In this document: positions 54,815 to 59,670 of the stretch, piece after piece | Layout of the letters: the number at the start of each line of letters is the position of its first letter | Position numbering within the stretch: the first letter of the stretch is position 1 | Origin: Escherichia phage CAjan | Length of the DNA stretch: 59,670 nt | Direction: 5' to 3' (one strand) | Sequence record: KP064094 | The notes under the pieces: model-generated | Databases searched by the model: none | What the model was told of the DNA's origin: nothing | Seen by the model: the letters and a program-made list of their open reading frames with translations, nothing else | Translations under genes and position numbers: made by a program

Positions 54815-55117
54815 ATGCTGTATTTAGGAATGGACGAAACTGGTCACGAAATTCCTTCTGTTAACAAAGAAACGCAAGTATTTACAGACTATTACGGGTC
54901 TGCTGTCCCTGTTGAGCCCTGGGCAAACTTTATCGCTGTAGACGAAGACGGTAAAGTTCATTGTTATGACGCCAAACCTTCTTGGTATGAATCTGGTAAG
55001 CAATGGATGATTGGCGTATACGGATTACATGTGCGCTACTGCGGTGAAGTTGACCTTGAAGGCGCGGACTGGCGCGATACGCTAAGGGAAATTAAAGAAT
55101 ATCGGCTTAACCCATGA
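54815..55117 (+). CDS. hypothetical protein
   Basis: 100-aa ORF with SD GGAGG. Confidence 0.45.
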   Translation: MLYLGMDETGHEIPSVNKETQVFTDYYGSAVPVEPWANFIAVDEDGKVHCYDAKPSWYESGKQWMIGVYGLHVRYCGEVDLEGADWRDTLREIKEYRLNP

Positions 55118-55338
55118 AAATATTCATGATATTAGGTGCTATAATTGCCGCTTTTGTTGTATTTGCAATTGCAGACTCCAAAGAAATGGAGCGGCAAAAC
55201 TGCCAACGTACTGGTAACAGCCGGGATGATATCATTTGGCAATATATCTACGATGCAAAAGGTAATGTTATGTCAATGTATCCTCAGGTTATTACTGAGT
55301 ATGAATATAAATGCAATGACCGTAACAGGTGGAGATAA
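55114..55338 (+). CDS. small membrane protein
   Basis: 74 aa with N-terminal hydrophobic helix; ATGA overlap with upstream gene. Confidence 0.4.
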   Translation: MKIFMILGAIIAAFVVFAIADSKEMERQNCQRTGNSRDDIIWQYIYDAKGNVMSMYPQVITEYEYKCNDRNRWR

Positions 55339-55340
55339 TA

Positions 55341-55532
55341 ATGCATCGACTGACAGATGAGCGTGTTGCTAAGCTTGCGGAATATGACTGTGCAAGCAAT
55401 GACGAAGTTATGTCGTTGGCACAAGAAGTAAAGGAACTTCGTGCTGTAGCAAAGGACTTCCTGCGTCGTAATAAATATGGTCCTTTGTTCTATCGTGATT
55501 TGTATAACCGTTTTAAGGAGATTGTGGAATGA
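55341..55532 (+). CDS. hypothetical protein
   Basis: 63 aa from ATG 55341 (track start 55329 is GTG), SD GGAG. Confidence 0.4.
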   Translation: MHRLTDERVAKLAEYDCASNDEVMSLAQEVKELRAVAKDFLRRNKYGPLFYRDLYNRFKEIVE

Positions 55533-55798
55533 TTACTGCTCAAGAAGCTCGTGAATTAAGCGATAAGCTGGATATTAGCGAAGATATTGAATTTATCAGT
55601 GACAGCATTCGCGTAGCTGCTACAAAGGGATACAATAAAGTATCACTGGTAACCAAATACGGAGCTGTTGGCAATCCTGACACTCAAGACCCGACCACTA
55701 TGAAGATTGCTAAATGGTTATCCGATTCTGGTTTTACGGTGCTATATTATCCTTCCATGGACCAACGTGATAACGAGCGTACTGAGGTAGCATGGTGA
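55529..55798 (+). CDS. hypothetical protein
   Basis: 89-aa ORF with SD AAGGAG. Confidence 0.45.
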   Translation: MITAQEARELSDKLDISEDIEFISDSIRVAATKGYNKVSLVTKYGAVGNPDTQDPTTMKIAKWLSDSGFTVLYYPSMDQRDNERTEVAW

Positions 55799-55865
55799 TT
55801 GAAGAAAATATCAAATATTGGAAAGGCTTTATTGACGAAATGTTGAAACCATTGGAGAAGAAATA

Positions 55866-56258
55866 ATGCTATTAGTCGTCACCGGAGGTCGAGATTTTAA
55901 GCATGTGGAGTATATTTATGCTCAATTGGATAAGCTGCATATGCAAAGAAGGATAACCACACTTCGCCACGGTGACGCTGACGGTGTTGACCGCATTTGC
56001 GCACAGTGGGCAGAGCGCAACGGTATTAAGACAGAAGCGTTCCCTGCCCCGTGGGACAATCTTTCCTTACCAAATACCAAGATACGGTATAACGCCAAGG
56101 GTGCTTATAATGCACAAGCTGGCGCTTACCGCAATCAATTAATGCTGGATACTGATCCTAAACCAGATCACGCTATTGTGTTTCCTGGCGGAGCTGGTAC
56201 TATGGATATGTACAGACGGATTAAAGCATCCGGTATCCCTTACACATTAGCGGAGTAA
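55866..56258 (+). CDS. SLOG/DUF2493-like Rossmann-fold protein (predicted nucleotide-binding)
   Basis: 130 aa with LLVVTGGRDF, GDADGVD and VFPGGAGTMD, resembling LOG/SLOG-family PGGxGTxxE signatures. Confidence 0.45.
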   Translation: MLLVVTGGRDFKHVEYIYAQLDKLHMQRRITTLRHGDADGVDRICAQWAERNGIKTEAFPAPWDNLSLPNTKIRYNAKGAYNAQAGAYRNQLMLDTDPKPDHAIVFPGGAGTMDMYRRIKASGIPYTLAE

Positions 56259-56261
56259 ATA

Positions 56262-56732
56262 ATGGCTGACGTTAAAACTATTGTTGATGCAATGGACGAA
56301 TCCAAAGACTGTCAACTGAAGAAGTCGTTTGAAGTAAAACAGGTTACAGAGACTCAGTTGGTCTGTAATTTTGCGCGTTATTGTGGACTGGGGCGCGGGA
56401 AAGACTGGAACGGGCTTATTGTTATGCCCACATCACAAATCCTCGTTTACGTCCGCAACGTTGTAGAAGATGTTCTGCGTCTTCAGGTTGAAATCGGTGA
56501 CGTAGAAATTAACATGACCGCGAGCTCTACCATTGTGGTTAAATGGCAGTCGGGCGAGACACTGCGTTTGGAAGCGTGCCATTGTGCTAAGAGCCTACAC
56601 CACCTGCGCGGTTGTCATTACCAGTTCGTTGGGTTTGTACATCCGCAAGGGTTAAGCGAGCGTACGGCGCTGGTAGCGCGTTTGCTGCTGCGTCCTTATA
56701 ATAACGAGCCGGAAGTTATATACGAGGCATAA
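56262..56732 (+). CDS. hypothetical protein with Cys/His cluster
   Basis: 156 aa with EACHCAKSLHHLRGCHY, a possible metal-binding site. Confidence 0.45.
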   Translation: MADVKTIVDAMDESKDCQLKKSFEVKQVTETQLVCNFARYCGLGRGKDWNGLIVMPTSQILVYVRNVVEDVLRLQVEIGDVEINMTASSTIVVKWQSGETLRLEACHCAKSLHHLRGCHYQFVGFVHPQGLSERTALVARLLLRPYNNEPEVIYEA

Positions 56733-56733
56733 A

Positions 56734-57159
56734 ATGTCAGTAAATTTTGTCAAACAGCCAACTTTAAATACATGCGTTTCTGCGTGTTTGGCAATGATCC
56801 TTAATAAACCTGTTGAGAAGGTTATTGAGGAATTTCATAGTCGTTATTATAACAACTGGGAAATCACTATCAGCGAATATTTGACTAAAAACGGCGTCCA
56901 GCATCATTGTTCAGAAGGTGGTGGGCGTGAAACTTTGCATATGGGAGGTTTGTTCCTGTGCACGGTGCCAAGTCTTAATATTCCTGGCGCATTGCACCAG
57001 ATTGTGATTGATATGACGGATCACAAGTTTATTGTGCATGATCCAATTAAAGGATGGGAAGGTAAAAAGTTCTATGTTGGTCCGGATCAAGATCCTGAAG
57101 AGCCTGGAGCTTTTATCATTCATACTTGGGTCAAAGACGTTGAAATCCTGCCTTATTAA
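56734..57159 (+). CDS. papain-like cysteine peptidase domain protein (C39-like)
   Basis: 141 aa; N-terminal QPTLNTCVSACLAMIL matches the Q...C...ACLxMI pattern of C39-type peptidases, with downstream His (HQIVIDMTDHKFIVHD). Confidence 0.4.
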   Translation: MSVNFVKQPTLNTCVSACLAMILNKPVEKVIEEFHSRYYNNWEITISEYLTKNGVQHHCSEGGGRETLHMGGLFLCTVPSLNIPGALHQIVIDMTDHKFIVHDPIKGWEGKKFYVGPDQDPEEPGAFIIHTWVKDVEILPY

Positions 57160-57221
57160 TTTTCTTGCTATCACATAACCCTTCATTGTATTGTGTACCC
57201 ATCGAATAAGAGGGGTACACA

Positions 57222-57407
57222 ATGACCAAACTATACGCCGGATTGTTTTTATTTGCGACGTTGATGTTCGCTGGGCTTTATACCTATACAGTAGTCGAAC
57301 AACCTTCCACGGTTATCCGAATCTTTGCAAGTACAGGGCTTTGCATCTGTCTTATTCTATTTGTTTTATGCATTGTTATTATCCAAGACCAAAGGAAAGT
57401 TAAATGA
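57222..57407 (+). CDS. small membrane protein
   Basis: 61 aa with two hydrophobic helices; SD AGAGGGG lies within an inverted repeat. Confidence 0.4.
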   Translation: MTKLYAGLFLFATLMFAGLYTYTVVEQPSTVIRIFASTGLCICLILFVLCIVIIQDQRKVK

Positions 57408-57868
57408 CCACAATTGCGTTTGATGGAAAAGTATTAGCTGCGGACCGTGGAGTTATGCGCGGGGAAGCTGTGACTGCTTATAAGAAAGTTCATAGCGTGA
57501 ATGGACATCGTGGACGGTTTTTACTGGGCTTGTGCGGCCTTACAGCATTTACCGATCAGGTGTTGCGTTATTTTAATAGCGCGGAACCTGTTAAGTTCCC
57601 TGATATTAAACTTTACAGCAAAGATGATGATTACGGGCAAACTTGCGGTCTTGCTGTCACTCCGGAAGGTACTTGCCATTTTATTTATAATGATGGTACT
57701 TTGAGCGAGCCCATGCTGGATGGATGGGGATCTGAGGGTAGCGGTTGTGTGTTTGCTGCTGGGGCGTTAGCTGCTGGTGCAAGTGCGAGCGAAGCTATTG
57801 AGTTGGCAATTAAACACACCACATGCGCATTCCTGGGAGTTGATACAATATCATTTGAGGGTTTTTAA
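57404..57868 (+). CDS. HslV/proteasome beta-subunit-like Ntn hydrolase
   Basis: 154 aa starting MTTIAFDGK (Thr directly after Met, as in HslV MTTIVSV); GSEGSGCVFAAGALAAGASASEAIELA parallels HslV GSGGPYAQAAARALLEN. Confidence 0.5.
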   Translation: MTTIAFDGKVLAADRGVMRGEAVTAYKKVHSVNGHRGRFLLGLCGLTAFTDQVLRYFNSAEPVKFPDIKLYSKDDDYGQTCGLAVTPEGTCHFIYNDGTLSEPMLDGWGSEGSGCVFAAGALAAGASASEAIELAIKHTTCAFLGVDTISFEGF

Positions 57869-58129
57869 ATGACTACATTCAGTCACCTGATCCCACCTGC
57901 TTATCATAGTAAGGTAGTTGACCACGGGACGCATGTTGTAATTGGTGGCGAAATCTTTATCACAGATAACGAGGAAATCGCCATTGCAATTATTGACAGC
58001 ACTCAGCATGACTTTATGGTTATCCTGCAACACGAACCAGATAACTTCACTTTTTACTCCAGCTACGGGGTCGATAAAGGTGGAAAAAGTCTTGTTGCTT
58101 TCTACATTAACGACTGGTTTGACGGGTAA
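57869..58129 (+). CDS. hypothetical protein
   Basis: 86-aa ORF with SD GAGGG. Confidence 0.4.
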   Translation: MTTFSHLIPPAYHSKVVDHGTHVVIGGEIFITDNEEIAIAIIDSTQHDFMVILQHEPDNFTFYSSYGVDKGGKSLVAFYINDWFDG

Positions 58130-58211
58130 TCTCCTTAGATCAATTCTCCTTGCGCCGTATCAAGTTTCTCTGTTACCCTTGAGTGGTTCATGTCAAGCGG
58201 AGGAACTCGAT

Positions 58212-58649
58212 ATGGCACTTCAACCTCGTGGTATTCGTAATAACAATCCAGGCAATATTCGCTGGGGTGATAATTGGCAGGGCTTAGTTCCTGTTGATAA
58301 GCGAACCGATAAATCTTTTGCGCAATTCACGCAACCGATTTACGGCATTCGTGCACTAGCGAAAATCCTGACAAACTACACCAAACGTGAAGGCTTACCC
58401 AATGTGGGTAAGAAAAACATCGACACTGTACGTGAAATCATCGCTCGCTGGGCACCGCCTAACGAAAACGATACGGAAGCGTATATTCGCTCTGTTGCCA
58501 AAGCAATTGGTGTTCAACCTAACGATCCGATTAATGTCTTCGACAAGGCAATTATGTCAGGATTGGTGAAAGCAATCATTCGTCATGAAAATGGCATGAT
58601 GCCCTATACCGATGACGTAATTAACCGCGCTATTGCAATGGTACTTTAA
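58212..58649 (+). CDS. hypothetical protein, candidate endolysin by position
   Basis: 146 aa from ATG 58212 (SD GGAGGA); immediately upstream of holin and spanin genes; no catalytic motif recognised, function inferred from synteny only. Confidence 0.35.
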   Translation: MALQPRGIRNNNPGNIRWGDNWQGLVPVDKRTDKSFAQFTQPIYGIRALAKILTNYTKREGLPNVGKKNIDTVREIIARWAPPNENDTEAYIRSVAKAIGVQPNDPINVFDKAIMSGLVKAIIRHENGMMPYTDDVINRAIAMVL

Positions 58650-58654
58650 CTGAC

Positions 58655-58676
58655 GGGGCGTTAGCCCCTTTTATTT
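58655..58676 (+). terminator. intrinsic terminator-like hairpin between endolysin candidate and holin
   Basis: GGGGC-GTTA-GCCCC followed by TTTTATTT. Confidence 0.45.
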
Positions 58677-58685
58677 GGAGGGAAC

Positions 58686-59030
58686 ATGTTCAATTCACCC
58701 AACGAACATTGGGCAGTTCTAGCGGGGTTTGCGTTTATTTCCCTCATTGGGGGAGCTCTCGGTTATGTCATGCGTACAATAGACGCTGGTAAGAAAGTAC
58801 GGGCAAGCATTGCATTTCTTGAAGGCTTATCCGCCGCTTTCTTTGGCGTTATAATGTATGCGATCTACAGGGAGTTTAACATCAGCCTTTGGTTCGCTTT
58901 TGGCCTTGCTGGCCTATTTGCTTGGGCAGGTTCACGTGCTACGCTAAAAGCCCTAACGACGCTTATAGCTTCACGGACAGGGATCAAACTCGATTCAGGG
59001 GACTGCAAACATGAAAACGATTCTAAATAA
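58686..59030 (+). CDS. holin (class I-like, three transmembrane segments)
   Basis: 114 aa with three hydrophobic helices and charged C-terminus; directly upstream of spanin genes. Confidence 0.55.
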   Translation: MFNSPNEHWAVLAGFAFISLIGGALGYVMRTIDAGKKVRASIAFLEGLSAAFFGVIMYAIYREFNISLWFAFGLAGLFAWAGSRATLKALTTLIASRTGIKLDSGDCKHENDSK

Positions 59031-59487
59031 CTTCTTCGGTTTTATAAAAACTAAACCGCGTCTGTTTATCGAGTATTTGATGATCGGCGCGGTTGTGTTT
59101 TTATGCGGGGTGGCTGCATACTTGTGGTCACAGAACGAGCTCAGCAAAACTAATTTAAATCATGCTGAGCAAAGACTAACCGTTGTAGAACGGGACAATG
59201 CAAAGCTGGGCGAAGCTGTTGTATTTCTTGCATCCCAACGGGAGAAGGATACTGAATCCTATCGAAAATTGGCTTCAGCGATTGAAAGTGAGCAACATAA
59301 CCACAGGTTGCTTCAGGACAAATTAAAAGCACTGGAGAAAAGCAATGCCGACGTCAAAGCTTATCTTAATGAGCGTGTTCCTGATGATTTGCGCAGGCTG
59401 CTCGACGGAGATACAACCTCCACCACAGCCACAGATAGTCAAGATAAAACTTCCGGCTCATCTGTTGGTAGAATGTCGGGAAGTTGA
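59011..59487 (+). CDS. i-spanin (Rz-like)
   Basis: 158 aa; N-terminal transmembrane helix then charged coiled-coil periplasmic domain; contains an embedded out-of-frame lipoprotein gene. Confidence 0.55.
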   Translation: MKTILNNFFGFIKTKPRLFIEYLMIGAVVFLCGVAAYLWSQNELSKTNLNHAEQRLTVVERDNAKLGEAVVFLASQREKDTESYRKLASAIESEQHNHRLLQDKLKALEKSNADVKAYLNERVPDDLRRLLDGDTTSTTATDSQDKTSGSSVGRMSGS

Positions 59488-59650
59488 TAAATATCCTTTG
59501 GTTTATACAAGGGACATTATCCAACGTTTGCAGGATACAGAAACAGCTCTGACTGAATGTAAACTGAGGGTTAAGGAAATCATACGCTATGAAGCTGAAA
59601 ATGTTTCGCTTGATTTTGTAGGATCAAGCAATTATATTCAGCCTAAATAG
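59345..59650 (+). CDS. o-spanin (Rz1-like outer-membrane lipoprotein)
   Basis: 101 aa; signal peptide with lipobox-like ICAGC and Pro-rich segment (QPPPQPQ); starts inside the i-spanin gene in another frame. Confidence 0.55.
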   Translation: MPTSKLILMSVFLMICAGCSTEIQPPPQPQIVKIKLPAHLLVECREVDKYPLVYTRDIIQRLQDTETALTECKLRVKEIIRYEAENVSLDFVGSSNYIQPK

Positions 59651-59670
59651 CAATAAGAAAGGGGGCTTCC

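Noticed and set aside
1-59670. Temperate lifestyle (integrase, repressor, att site)
   Set aside because: No tyrosine/serine recombinase-like or CI-like ORF recognised; the gene content suggests a virulent phage.

Overview
The window reads as a complete or near-complete genome (59.67 kb) of a virulent tailed dsDNA phage with a lambda/T1-like siphovirus tail module, probably infecting an enterobacterial host. Organisation: (1) a plus-strand morphogenesis block from 1 to about 24.1 kb (small and large terminase, portal, scaffold, major capsid, Ig-like decoration, connector proteins, major tail protein, frameshifted tail chaperone, tape measure, minor tail proteins, J-like host-specificity protein, tail fiber with C-terminal intramolecular chaperone); (2) a minus-strand replication and nucleotide-metabolism block from 24.1 to 52.7 kb (family B DNA polymerase, beta-clamp-like protein, SF2 helicase, PD-(D/E)xK exonuclease, AAA ATPase, DNA ligase, RNase H, dUTPase, AEP primase-helicase, HNH endonuclease); (3) a plus-strand block of small genes ending in a holin/spanin lysis cassette from 53 to 59.65 kb. 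The most notable system is a 7-deazaguanine DNA-hypermodification cluster at 28.8-34.5 kb (DpdA-like transglycosylase plus FolE, QueD, QueC, QueE) with two uncharacterised genes and a membrane protein embedded in it. This gene set resembles that of Queuovirinae-type coliphages, which is my inference from gene content, not a database hit. No integrase, repressor, tRNA or CRISPR array was recognised. All calls are from reading the sequence and the ORF track by eye; the track uses GTG/TTG starts in places, so several starts were moved to the nearest ATG with a Shine-Dalgarno sequence.
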